Assembly: GCA_045629285.1 (NCBI GenBank)
Contig: JAZQQY010000038.1
Coordinates: 691-64,690 of the forward strand
From: Paludibacteraceae bacterium
Lineage (GTDB): Bacteria > Bacteroidota > Bacteroidia > Bacteroidales > Paludibacteraceae
DNA length: 64,000 nucleotides
Direction of reading: 5' to 3'
The notes under the pieces were generated by a model. It searched no databases. It saw nothing but the letters and a program-made list of their open reading frames with translations, and was not told the DNA's origin. A program made the translations under genes and the position numbers. Positions 38,793 to 47,312 of this stretch are shown in pieces. Positions within the stretch are counted from its first letter, which is position 1; every line of letters starts with the position of its first letter.

Positions 38793-39905
38793 ATGGTTAA
38801 GAAAATATTAGTCCTTGTTTTTTCTGCTGTGTCGATGTCGATATCGGCGCAAGAAGCGGAGCCGGAAGCAATCGGCAAGTACAGTATGTCCGCTTATCCA
38901 AAACTAAAAATGCCTCAGGGCAGAAAGCTTTATGCTCTTGTGGAGAATGGAGCGTTGGCCGAAGACGGAACGTTCACTGCTGCTGTTGCCCAGTTGCAGA
39001 ACGAATCGTTCATTCGTACTGATAATCCCGCTGAGGCTGATTTCCTGATCAGGTATTCACAGTTTGAGGCTGTGACTCCGATGGCGGTGGACAAGTTCAA
39101 TCCTATGCAACGTAAATCGAAGATAAAGGTTGGTAATTTTGCTGTGCCTACACGTACAGATCCGCCTGGAGCTTCACAAATGAAGCCTGGCCAGATCCCG
39201 ACAGCGATGAACAGCTCTTCTAAGTACTACTGTGCATATATGCATCTTGAGTTTTCATTCCATGTCGCCATCACTCTTCCGGATAAAAGTTCAATCTACG
39301 TGGAGGATGTAAAACTTGGAAAGAATTACAATTCCGGTTGGATGCCGAGCGAAGGAGCAGCAGTAGCGAAGGTGCAGGAGGATGCTTCGGTAATGTCGTA
39401 TGAGGCTGTAGTAGGCGAATATAGCAGTAAGAAAGTTTCTGGACTTTTGGGAGCTTCGTACTTTTTTAAGGAAAGAGACATCACTTGCTACTATGCCAGA
39501 CCCAAAAAACGTGGCACAAGCGGAGCTGAATATATTGAAATCAACGATGCTGTAAGCAGACTGAAGAGCGGTTTGGGTTATCTTAAGGAAGATGAGTGGA
39601 ACAAGGAAGCTTTCAGAAGAGAGACAGATGGGGTTGAGGCTATCTTGAAGACTGCGATCGACAGTGTAGGTTCACCTAACTACGAACATATCAATAAAGA
39701 GGTTGAGTCGGCAATCCGTTATGACCTTGGCCTCTACTATATTTTCAGTAAAGAGTTCGGTAAGGCATCTGCACAATTCAAGGCAGTCACAACTGATCCT
39801 AAAGAGAAAGGTAAAGATAAGAAGTTTGCCGACGCTGCTGAGTTAGCAAGAAATTGTGAAAAGTGGCAGAAGGAGAAAGAGGGTTACGAAGCCCTATGGA
39901 AGTAA
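38793..39905 (+). CDS. hypothetical secreted protein
   Basis: Signal peptide MVKKILVLVFSAVSMSISAQ. No motif recognised. Confidence 0.55.
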   Translation: MVKKILVLVFSAVSMSISAQEAEPEAIGKYSMSAYPKLKMPQGRKLYALVENGALAEDGTFTAAVAQLQNESFIRTDNPAEADFLIRYSQFEAVTPMAVDKFNPMQRKSKIKVGNFAVPTRTDPPGASQMKPGQIPTAMNSSSKYYCAYMHLEFSFHVAITLPDKSSIYVEDVKLGKNYNSGWMPSEGAAVAKVQEDASVMSYEAVVGEYSSKKVSGLLGASYFFKERDITCYYARPKKRGTSGAEYIEINDAVSRLKSGLGYLKEDEWNKEAFRRETDGVEAILKTAIDSVGSPNYEHINKEVESAIRYDLGLYYIFSKEFGKASAQFKAVTTDPKEKGKDKKFADAAELARNCEKWQKEKEGYEALWK

Positions 39906-39907
39906 AT

Positions 39908-39937
39908 AAAGGCGTGATTTTTCATCACGCCTTTTTT
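39908..39937. terminator. bidirectional terminator
   Basis: AAAGGCGTGAT ttttc ATCACGCCTTT followed by TTT. Confidence 0.75.
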
Positions 39938-39941
39938 ATGA

Positions 39942-40424
39942 TTAGTATTCGATTTTGTCTGCCTTGTTCTTCCATGTGTTGAACACCTTAAGCGTCGCAT
40001 CACGTAGAAGCTGTTTTCTGCTCATGAATCTATCCTTAGGTTTCTGAGCAATCTCGTCGTAGATGAACTTATCGTCAAAACCGATTTCAGCGGCATCGTG
40101 TTGTGTGCCGGCGTAGAAATAGCGCTCGATGTGAGCCCAGTACATTGACGACAGACACATAGGGCATGGTTCGCATGATGCGTACAATGTGCAGCCGCTA
40201 AGGTCGAAAGTCTTAAGTTTCTGGCAAGCCTCTCTGATTGCCATCACCTCTGCGTGTGCAGTAGGGTCGTTGTTGAGCGTCACACAGTTGTGGGCTGCAG
40301 CGATAATCTCACCCTCTTTATTTACGATAACGGCACCGAATGGACCACCGCCTTCCTCCACGCTCTTAGCAGATAGATCTATCGCCATCTGCATAAATTC
40401 AATATGCTTATCTTCGTTTTTCAT
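39942..40424 (-). CDS. CMP/dCMP-type nucleoside deaminase (guanine-deaminase-like)
   Basis: GGPFGAVIV, HAEVMAI, PCPMC zinc motifs. 160 aa. Confidence 0.8.
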   Translation of the reverse strand: MKNEDKHIEFMQMAIDLSAKSVEEGGGPFGAVIVNKEGEIIAAAHNCVTLNNDPTAHAEVMAIREACQKLKTFDLSGCTLYASCEPCPMCLSSMYWAHIERYFYAGTQHDAAEIGFDDKFIYDEIAQKPKDRFMSRKQLLRDATLKVFNTWKNKADKIEY

Positions 40425-40517
40425 GGCTTCAATATTTTATGGTTTATGATTTTGTTTTGGTAAATATAAGGAAAAATGGGGAATAATGTAAATGGGGATG
40501 CAAAATTATTGATGGCA

Positions 40518-41294
40518 TTATTTAATTCTTTCTACCTTTTTGAAATGCAAAACGATTGGAAGTTTGCAAAGAGAGTCTTTCTCTACTGGTGTTATATAGT
40601 TGTATTTTGCCATCTGCTCCAACACGTGATTGCGTCGCTCCAAACATTTATCATATCTTCGTTCACGAGTTGGATTATAGAATGCAGGATTCTGCATCAT
40701 ACCGACAAGCATTGCTGCTTCTTCTGTCTTTAATCTGTCTGGAGTTGTGGAGAAATAGACATCTGCTGCACTGTAGATTCCGACTGCATTGTGGAGAAAG
40801 TCAAAAGTATTTAGATGTGTAGTCAAGATTTCTTTTTTTGTAAAGAATTTTTCTATGTCTACTATCATTTTTTGCTCTATTGACTTATCTAATAGAGCAC
40901 CTGGATATACTTTTGAGAATATTAGTATATCCCTTGCTAATTGTTCTGTGATAGTTGGGTTGAATGTCTTTTTTCCTCTTACTATTTCATCGTACATCGC
41001 TTTGAAGACGTTTTTGAAATCTATTCCGGAATGTTCATAGAAATTGGGATCTTCAGTTGCAATCAAAGCGTTGACGACGCAACTTGGAATTTCATCGTAT
41101 GAACAGGAGATTCTTCGACTGGCGTTTTTGGTATCGCGTGAACCATAGGCGTATGCCATCATGTCTTTGGAATTAAATATTTCTTCGACAGTCATGGCAT
41201 ATTCCTTTGTCTGGATTATTGTATTAACGTCGAATCCTACGATTATTGATACGAATATCCAAAATATGATTGTTAATTTTCCGCTTATACTCAT
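40518..41294 (-). CDS. GT51 peptidoglycan glycosyltransferase-only paralogue of the adjacent PBP1A
   Basis: Collinear with PBP1A residues 1 to ~265 (MSISGK..., NALIATEDPNFYEHSGID, YFSTTPDRLKTEEAAMLVGMMQNPAFYNP, LHFKKV), then a stop. Motif 2 is altered (NPTITEQ versus GGSTITQQ). Confidence 0.75.
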   Translation of the reverse strand: MSISGKLTIIFWIFVSIIVGFDVNTIIQTKEYAMTVEEIFNSKDMMAYAYGSRDTKNASRRISCSYDEIPSCVVNALIATEDPNFYEHSGIDFKNVFKAMYDEIVRGKKTFNPTITEQLARDILIFSKVYPGALLDKSIEQKMIVDIEKFFTKKEILTTHLNTFDFLHNAVGIYSAADVYFSTTPDRLKTEEAAMLVGMMQNPAFYNPTRERRYDKCLERRNHVLEQMAKYNYITPVEKDSLCKLPIVLHFKKVERIK

Positions 41295-41315
41295 GATGGG
41301 GGAATCTATAATAGA

Positions 41316-41342
41316 TAGAGACGAGGATATGCCCCGTCTCTA
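41316..41342. other. TAGAGACG...CGTCTCTA hairpin 22 nt upstream of the GT51 paralogue start
   Basis: TAGAGACGAGGATATGCCCCGTCTCTA. Confidence 0.5.
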
Positions 41343-41382
41343 TATTATTAATCATTAACTTAAATCAAATGCTAAGGCAAAT

Positions 41383-41475
41383 ATATATGAGTTGTCCAAA
41401 TAACGCTCTCTCTCCGAGCTCGCGTTGGTGTGGGGGTTAGGGCGTTCCGCCCTTAACAATCCTCATTTTGGACAA
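41383..41475 (-). repeat. MITE-like intergenic repeat, long copy (A)
   Basis: Termini TTGTCCAAAAT / ATTTGGACAA are inverted repeats. It shares a 19-nt core, CAAAATGAGGATTGTTAAG, and the end ATTTGGACAACTC.TATAT with copy B. Its centre carries a GC-rich hairpin, AGGGCGttcCGCCCT. Confidence 0.6.
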
Positions 41476-41482
41476 TTGCCAA

Positions 41483-43912
41483 TTATTCAAAGATTCCTTC
41501 GACGGCATTCTCCTCGACCTGCTGCTCACCAGTGTTCTGGTTCTTGCAGTTGTAAGACTCCTTAACGTTGAACTTACATTTTCTATCGTAGTGAAGTGAA
41601 GCATCGTCGAATACCTTGTTCATGTAGACACCCCAGATAGGAAGCGCTGTAGATGAACCCTGTCCGTTACGCAAGTTGTCGAAGTGGATATCACGGTCCT
41701 CACCACCTACCCATACACCTGTGATAAGGTCTGGTGTAAATGCCATGAACCAACCGTCGGAGTTGTTCTGAGTTGTACCTGTCTTACCGGCCATCTCTGT
41801 CTCCCAACCGATTCTATATGCGTGCTTCGGATGACCAGGTTCCCAAGGAATTGTAAAGTTGAATGATGCTGCCGACGAACGGATTCTTAGTCCGGTACCA
41901 CCGTCGATAACGCCTCTCATCAGTGAGATCATCTTTTCTGACGTTTCGTCGCTGAAAATCTCCTTCATACGTGGACTGAATGTCGCCAATAGGTTGCCGT
42001 TGTTGTCAAAGATACTCTCAACGTAGACAGGCTCGATCTGAATACCGTGGTTGGCAAATGCAGTATAGGCTCCACACATCTCGGCGATTGTCAAGTCGCA
42101 AACACCAAGACAAAGAGAATAAACTGGTTCGATCTCCTGGTTTTTGATTCCGAATGAGTGAAGAAGCTTCACGAAACCTTCTGGATGATATTGCATCATG
42201 ATTCTTGCGGAAGTCCAGTTGTTGGAAGTTTGAAGACCACGCTTAAGTGTGATCATCTGACCGATCTCAGCCTTGCCCGACTCGCCGTAAGGAACGTTCT
42301 TTGGCTGCCAGATTGTGTAGTCTTCCTCTCTTGCTCCTGTCTGTACCTTTACAGATGGCTGAGTGTTGGCAACCTCATCACATGGGTTCATGCCGTTCTC
42401 CATTGCGTAAGCGTAAAGGAACGGCTTGATTGTCGAACCTACCTGACGACGACCGACTGTACACATATCATACTGGAAGTAGCGGAAGTCAGGTCCACCC
42501 ACGTAAGCCTTAACATGACCGTTCTTAGGGTCGATACTCATCATACCGCTTCTAAGGAAGTGCTTATTGTAGATGATTGAGTCAAGAGGAGTAAGGACAG
42601 TATCCTTTGATCCCTTCTCCCAATCGAACACAGACATCGGAACCTTTGTGTTGAATGCTGTCTTGATCTGTGCATCTGAAGCACCTGCAGCCTTCATGCG
42701 CTGGTATCTGTCAGTTAGACGCATTGCCTTCTGAAGCATTGAGTCTCTCTGTGCCTTTGTTGTCTTTGTTGAGTAAGGAGCAGTCTTACGACCATTCTTC
42801 TCTTTGAAGAACAACTGCTGGATATATCCACCCAAAGTCTCTCTGATTGACTCCTCTGCATACTTCTGCATACGTGAGTCGACAGTAGTGTGGATCTTCA
42901 AACCGTCAGTGTAAAGGTTGTATGGAGTTCCGTCAGGCTTTGTGTTTTTGTTGCACCATCCGTAAAGAGGGTCTGTAGCCCAAGCCAACGAATCCTCGTA
43001 GTATTTCTGACGAGCCCACTTCGGATATTTCTTTTTGTCCGGTTTATCCGCAGTCATCACCTTTCTTAGATGCTCACGGAAGTATGGAGCAAGACCTTCT
43101 TTGTGGTCTACTTTGTTGAAATGCAATGTGATAGGCAACTGAGACAATGAATCTCTCTCAGAAGCGGAAATGTAACCTGCTTTCTCCATCTGTCCGAAAA
43201 CGACGTTACGACGGCCAAGACACATGTCGTAGCGACTTTCACGGTGAGGGTTGTAAAGTGCAGGGTTCTTGAGCATGCCGACAAGCAATGCTGCCTCCTC
43301 CAACTTAAGTTTGTCAGGAGTCGTAGAGAAGTATACTTGAGCAGCCGAGCAGATACCTACTGCGTTGTTAAGGAAGTCGAACTTGTTTAGATACATAGTC
43401 ATGATTTCTTCCTTAGTGTAGTATTTCTCAAGCTTTGTGGCGATCACCCACTCGGTAGGCTTCTGCATAGCACGTTCGATCTTGTCCTTTGCCACCTCTG
43501 TGTAAAGCAACTTGGCAAGCTGCTGAGTGATTGTCGAACCTCCTCCTGAGTTCTTCTGCTGAAGGATCACAGACTTGAAAATTGCACGGAACAATGATCT
43601 GAAGTCGATACCTGAGTGCTCATTGAAGCGGATATCCTCAGTTGCGATCAAAGCGTTTACAAGGTTAGGAGAGATGTCCTCGTATGCAGTGTAGACACGG
43701 TTTTCGCTTGACTGGAAATAACGGCCTAGCACAACACCGTCGCTAGAGAAAATCTCAGTTGCAAACTTATTCTTTGGACTCTGTAATTCTTCTACTGGGG
43801 GAAGGTGTCCGAACGAACCGTTCTTGATACCTACAAACATTGCGATGATAGCTCCTACAACTATCAAAAAGATTGCCCAGAAGGCTATGGATATTTTACC
43901 GCTTATACTCAT
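41483..43912 (-). CDS. class A penicillin-binding protein (PBP1A-type transglycosylase/transpeptidase)
   Basis: GT51 motifs ATEDIRFNEHSGID and GGGSTITQQLAK. Transpeptidase motifs STIKP, SNN, KTGTT. Confidence 0.93.
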   Translation of the reverse strand: MSISGKISIAFWAIFLIVVGAIIAMFVGIKNGSFGHLPPVEELQSPKNKFATEIFSSDGVVLGRYFQSSENRVYTAYEDISPNLVNALIATEDIRFNEHSGIDFRSLFRAIFKSVILQQKNSGGGSTITQQLAKLLYTEVAKDKIERAMQKPTEWVIATKLEKYYTKEEIMTMYLNKFDFLNNAVGICSAAQVYFSTTPDKLKLEEAALLVGMLKNPALYNPHRESRYDMCLGRRNVVFGQMEKAGYISASERDSLSQLPITLHFNKVDHKEGLAPYFREHLRKVMTADKPDKKKYPKWARQKYYEDSLAWATDPLYGWCNKNTKPDGTPYNLYTDGLKIHTTVDSRMQKYAEESIRETLGGYIQQLFFKEKNGRKTAPYSTKTTKAQRDSMLQKAMRLTDRYQRMKAAGASDAQIKTAFNTKVPMSVFDWEKGSKDTVLTPLDSIIYNKHFLRSGMMSIDPKNGHVKAYVGGPDFRYFQYDMCTVGRRQVGSTIKPFLYAYAMENGMNPCDEVANTQPSVKVQTGAREEDYTIWQPKNVPYGESGKAEIGQMITLKRGLQTSNNWTSARIMMQYHPEGFVKLLHSFGIKNQEIEPVYSLCLGVCDLTIAEMCGAYTAFANHGIQIEPVYVESIFDNNGNLLATFSPRMKEIFSDETSEKMISLMRGVIDGGTGLRIRSSAASFNFTIPWEPGHPKHAYRIGWETEMAGKTGTTQNNSDGWFMAFTPDLITGVWVGGEDRDIHFDNLRNGQGSSTALPIWGVYMNKVFDDASLHYDRKCKFNVKESYNCKNQNTGEQQVEENAVEGIFE

Positions 43913-43948
43913 TTTTTTAAAATCTCTGTGAAAAAAGCCTTTGTATCA

Positions 43949-43956
43949 CAAAAATA
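43949..43956 (-). promoter_or_regulatory. -7 promoter motif for PBP1A
   Basis: The minus strand reads TATTTTTG (TAnnTTTG), about 37 nt upstream of ATG 43912. Confidence 0.4.
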
Positions 43957-43998
43957 CTGTTTTTTCTCTTTTTATGAAGGTTTTTCTTGATTTTTCTG

Positions 43999-44049
43999 CA
44001 AAATGAGGATTGTTAAGAGCTAATGTTAGATTTTGGGCAACTCGTATAT
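43999..44049 (+). repeat. MITE-like intergenic repeat, short copy (B), inverted relative to copy A
   Basis: CAAAATGAGGATTGTTAAG agctaatgttag ATTTTGGGCAACTCGTATAT. Confidence 0.6.
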
Positions 44050-44329
44050 TAATCGCATCAAATTGTATAAATTGCATCATTTGCCATAAAAATGATGCAG
44101 TTCTTTTTGGATTGATACAATTGTCAGAGATGTATTTTGTATTTTTGTTCTTAAAATTTTGATGTAGATTATGCATACATACGACTATATTCCTTCTTTC
44201 CCTATTAACGTCTGAAATAGTATCTTTGATTACATCAATCCATGAATCAAAGGGGAGGCAAGAACTATATATTGAGGCAGAGTCTGATGTGCTTAACTCC
44301 TTGCTTGTACTTGCGAAAATTGTTAATAA

Positions 44330-45034
44330 CTACATTATCCAGCTCAAAATCGTTGGGGCGACAATGGCAGTCAGGATGCCGTTGAGCGATAGACCTAAAC
44401 CTGCGTAGGCTCCGTAGCGTGTGCTGATCTCCATCACTCTTGATGTGCCGACGGCATGTGAGGCCGTACCCATGCTAAGGCTCTCTCCGATTGGTGTCTT
44501 GGCTCTTGAAAGTCCGAAAATGCTCAATCCGAACACTCCGCCAAAGATACCTGCGATCACCACGGCTGACACTGTGAGTGCTGGGATTCCCCCCATCATC
44601 TCCGACACTTGCATCGCGATTGGTGTTGTGACTGATTTTGGGGCAAGCGAAAGCACAACCTCATCTGTCGCTCCAAGCCATTTGGCTATGTAGACGACGC
44701 TGAAAAGCCCGACCAGACATCCCACCACCTGGGATACAAGTATAGGCACAATTTGCTTCTTGATGTTATCCAACTGTAGGTAGAGTGGTACTCCCATTGC
44801 CACAACACATGGTGAAAGCCAGATATCAATGGCTGTTGAAGCCTCTTTGTATTTGCTGTAGTCTATTCCTGTGAATTTCAAGAAAATGATGATGACAGCA
44901 ATGCTTACCAGAATAGGGTTGAGCAATAGAATATTGGTACGCTTCTGAAGGTGCTTCGACACTGCGTAGACGCCAAACGTCAAGGCGATTAGCACATATT
45001 TATTTTCTAGAATTTCCATTGCGTTTTCTGACAA
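44330..45034 (-). CDS. lrgB: LrgB/CidB-family membrane protein
   Basis: 234-aa polytopic protein. Overlaps the upstream lrgA-like gene by 35 nt, the usual operon arrangement. Confidence 0.85.
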   Translation of the reverse strand: MSENAMEILENKYVLIALTFGVYAVSKHLQKRTNILLLNPILVSIAVIIIFLKFTGIDYSKYKEASTAIDIWLSPCVVAMGVPLYLQLDNIKKQIVPILVSQVVGCLVGLFSVVYIAKWLGATDEVVLSLAPKSVTTPIAMQVSEMMGGIPALTVSAVVIAGIFGGVFGLSIFGLSRAKTPIGESLSMGTASHAVGTSRVMEISTRYGAYAGLGLSLNGILTAIVAPTILSWIM

Positions 45035-45353
45035 GTTTATATGTCCAGACGGTTGTTACCATCACTAAAATTGTGCTGACTATAATTGACACAGTGATAG
45101 GAATCCACTGGTTTTTAATTAGTTCGTAGTATAGAATCAACGATACTCCGGGAGCAATGAAAAAGAAAGTAAGGTTGCCGGTAAGCACGTTGCTTGCCGA
45201 CTTCACCCACTGGAGTTTGATCACTCCAATCTTGAGCAAAAATGTAAGTGTTAGCATTCCGATGATCGACGACGGAATAGGAACTCCCGTCAGCCATACC
45301 ACCAGTTCTCCGAATGCCAACATTGCAAAAATAATGAATAGTTGCAGTGCCAT
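45000..45353 (-). CDS. lrgA: CidA/LrgA-family holin-like protein
   Basis: 117 aa with four hydrophobic segments, directly upstream of lrgB. Confidence 0.8.
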   Translation of the reverse strand: MALQLFIIFAMLAFGELVVWLTGVPIPSSIIGMLTLTFLLKIGVIKLQWVKSASNVLTGNLTFFFIAPGVSLILYYELIKNQWIPITVSIIVSTILVMVTTVWTYKLVRKRNGNSRK

Positions 45354-45358
45354 TTTAT

Positions 45359-46318
45359 TTAGAATTCTATTGAGTAGCTTGCTGCGTATTGTGGATTGAA
45401 TGAATCTGAATCAAATGCGTCGTCGTATATTCTAAATCCGAATCCGAAACGCATGATCTTGTTTTGTTTGCCTCTGTAGGACAATCCGAATCTAGGCTGG
45501 AATACCCATTTGCGATATTCGTCGTAAGATAAGTAAGGTCCTGCTGTCAACTCCACGAATGGAGCAACAGGTGTAGGTGCGGAAACTATGAAATCAACCA
45601 TCGGTGAGAATGCAAGCATCTCGATCGCTTCTACATCGATCAACAGACCGACATAGCCGATATGGTTGAATCTATAGCCCATGCCCCCGTTCAACACGAA
45701 TCCCCAGCTGTCGAATCCCATTTTGTTTTCTCTATTGCCGTAGTCGCTCCATGCTATTGTCGCGCCGACGTTTCCACGCCAACCGTATGTCCCTGGTCCG
45801 TATTTGCTTTTTGCAATAGTCGTGTCGGCCATGTTGCGCTCTTTGATTGATGGCTTCTTCGGTTTTTCCTCTTTTTGTTCTGCTGCCTTTGGTGCATCTG
45901 CCTTTTTTGGTGCATCTGCATTCTTATCCTTTTCTTTCTTCTCTTCACGAGATCTCTTTTCACGCTTTGGCTTCTCCTCTTTCGCTTTGTCGTCAGCCTT
46001 TGCTTCGGTTTTCTTTGCGTCAGCCTTTTCTGTCTCTGCTTTTTTAGGAGATTGCTTCTTTGTTTCTGCGTCAGTCTTGGACTTTTCTGGTTTGCTGTCG
46101 CTCTCCATTGCTTTTGCCTTCTTCTCTGCCTCCATCTTTGCTCGCTCGGCGGCTTTGGCCTCTGCTTTTGCTCTTGCTGCAGCACGTGCTTTTTCTATCT
46201 GTGCCTTGCGTGCTTCCTGTAGTGAATCCGACGGGGCCTGAGCAAACCCAGTGAAAGAAATGAGTAACGAAGTTATGAATAATAGTAGTCTATACATAGA
46301 TTGTCTTATTGCGTTCAA
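45359..46318 (-). CDS. outer-membrane protein with a ~140-aa Lys/Glu/Ala-rich charged region and a C-terminal barrel-like domain
   Basis: Signal peptide ...SFTGFAQA, then AKAEAKAAERAKMEAEKKAK...KKADAPKKADAPK low complexity. The C-terminal half has alternating aromatic strands and ends ...YSIEF. Confidence 0.6.
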   Translation of the reverse strand: MNAIRQSMYRLLLFITSLLISFTGFAQAPSDSLQEARKAQIEKARAAARAKAEAKAAERAKMEAEKKAKAMESDSKPEKSKTDAETKKQSPKKAETEKADAKKTEAKADDKAKEEKPKREKRSREEKKEKDKNADAPKKADAPKAAEQKEEKPKKPSIKERNMADTTIAKSKYGPGTYGWRGNVGATIAWSDYGNRENKMGFDSWGFVLNGGMGYRFNHIGYVGLLIDVEAIEMLAFSPMVDFIVSAPTPVAPFVELTAGPYLSYDEYRKWVFQPRFGLSYRGKQNKIMRFGFGFRIYDDAFDSDSFNPQYAASYSIEF

Positions 46319-46330
46319 GCGTTCAAAATG

Positions 46331-47206
46331 TTAGTCTCTGAATCTGCGGCAAAGATCGCCGAACTCTTCAATTCTTCTGTCGCGTAGGAATGGCCATATT
46401 CTGCGCACATTTTCGCTTCTCTCCATGTCGACATCGATGATTACGCTGTCTTCTTTGTCAGTAGGTCCTTCGTAGATAAGTTCGCCTTGCGGACCTGCGA
46501 CAAAACTGCTGCCCCAGAACTGTATTCCGCCTGTCACACCTGAAGGGTCGGCTTCGTAGCCGACACGGTTGACAGTCACTACCGGAAGCCCGTTTGCTAC
46601 TGCGTGTCCGCGCTGCACAGTCATCCATGCTCCACGCTGACGAGCCTTCTCTGCATCAGTGTCTGTGCTCTCCCAACCGATGGCAGTTGGGTAGATAAGC
46701 ATGTCTGCTCCGGCTAGTGCCATCAGTCTTGCTCCTTCTGGATACCACTGGTCCCAGCAGACCATTAGACCAAGTTTGCCAAGTGATGTCTGGATCGGGT
46801 GAAATCCCAAATCTCCAGGAGTGAAGTAGAACTTCTCGTAGTATGCAGGATCGTCAGGAATGTGCATCTTTCGATATTTGCCGGCGATTGTACCGTCTTT
46901 TTCAAGCACTACAGCTGTGTTGTGGTAAAGTCCTGTCGCACGCTTCTCGAATAGAGAGATGACAAGCACTACGCCAAGACGTTTTGCAACTGCGGAAAAA
47001 TGGTCGGTCGACTTGCCTGGAATAGATTCTGCCAAATCAAAATTGTCAACGTCTTCAACCTGACAAAAGTAGAGCGAGTTGTGTAGCTCGGACAACACAA
47101 TAAGTTCCGCTCCATTCTTTGCCAACTCCTCTATCTTGGAAGTTAGTTTAGCGATATTTGAATCTACGTTTGCCGTATGGCTCTCCTGAATAATTCCGAC
47201 CTTCAT
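46331..47206 (-). CDS. aguB: N-carbamoylputrescine amidase (carbon-nitrogen hydrolase)
   Basis: Nitrilase-superfamily layout with LSEL (Glu), YRKMHIPDDP (Lys) and LMVCWDQWYPE (Cys). 291 aa. Confidence 0.8.
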   Translation of the reverse strand: MKVGIIQESHTANVDSNIAKLTSKIEELAKNGAELIVLSELHNSLYFCQVEDVDNFDLAESIPGKSTDHFSAVAKRLGVVLVISLFEKRATGLYHNTAVVLEKDGTIAGKYRKMHIPDDPAYYEKFYFTPGDLGFHPIQTSLGKLGLMVCWDQWYPEGARLMALAGADMLIYPTAIGWESTDTDAEKARQRGAWMTVQRGHAVANGLPVVTVNRVGYEADPSGVTGGIQFWGSSFVAGPQGELIYEGPTDKEDSVIIDVDMERSENVRRIWPFLRDRRIEEFGDLCRRFRD

Positions 47207-47312
47207 AATGTTGTAGTGTATAATTTCTGCAAAGTTATGCTTTTTGGCGAATAAAGTGTCGTTTATTCGTCATTTTCAATCATCCTCACCTGAAACCTGA
47301 AACTTGAAACTA

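Noticed and set aside
41383-44049. The PBP1A gene as an invertible DNA segment flanked by inverted repeats
   Set aside because: Inverting an essential 2.5-kb gene together with its own promoter would have no obvious effect, and no recombinase is nearby. The repeats are better explained as two insertions of a small palindromic element.
43946-44176. 76-aa ORF upstream of PBP1A
   Set aside because: It overlaps the promoter motif and repeat copy B and has an AT-rich, Asn/Lys/Phe-rich composition with no motif.
45754-46254. Six overlapping alternative-frame ORFs (45754..46185 -, 45804..46241 +, 45847..46047 +, 45875..46222 +, 46060..46254 +, 45662..45850 +)
   Set aside because: They are by-products of the purine-rich repetitive DNA that encodes the K/E/A-rich spacer of 45359..46318. 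Only that frame has a signal peptide and a structured C-terminal domain.
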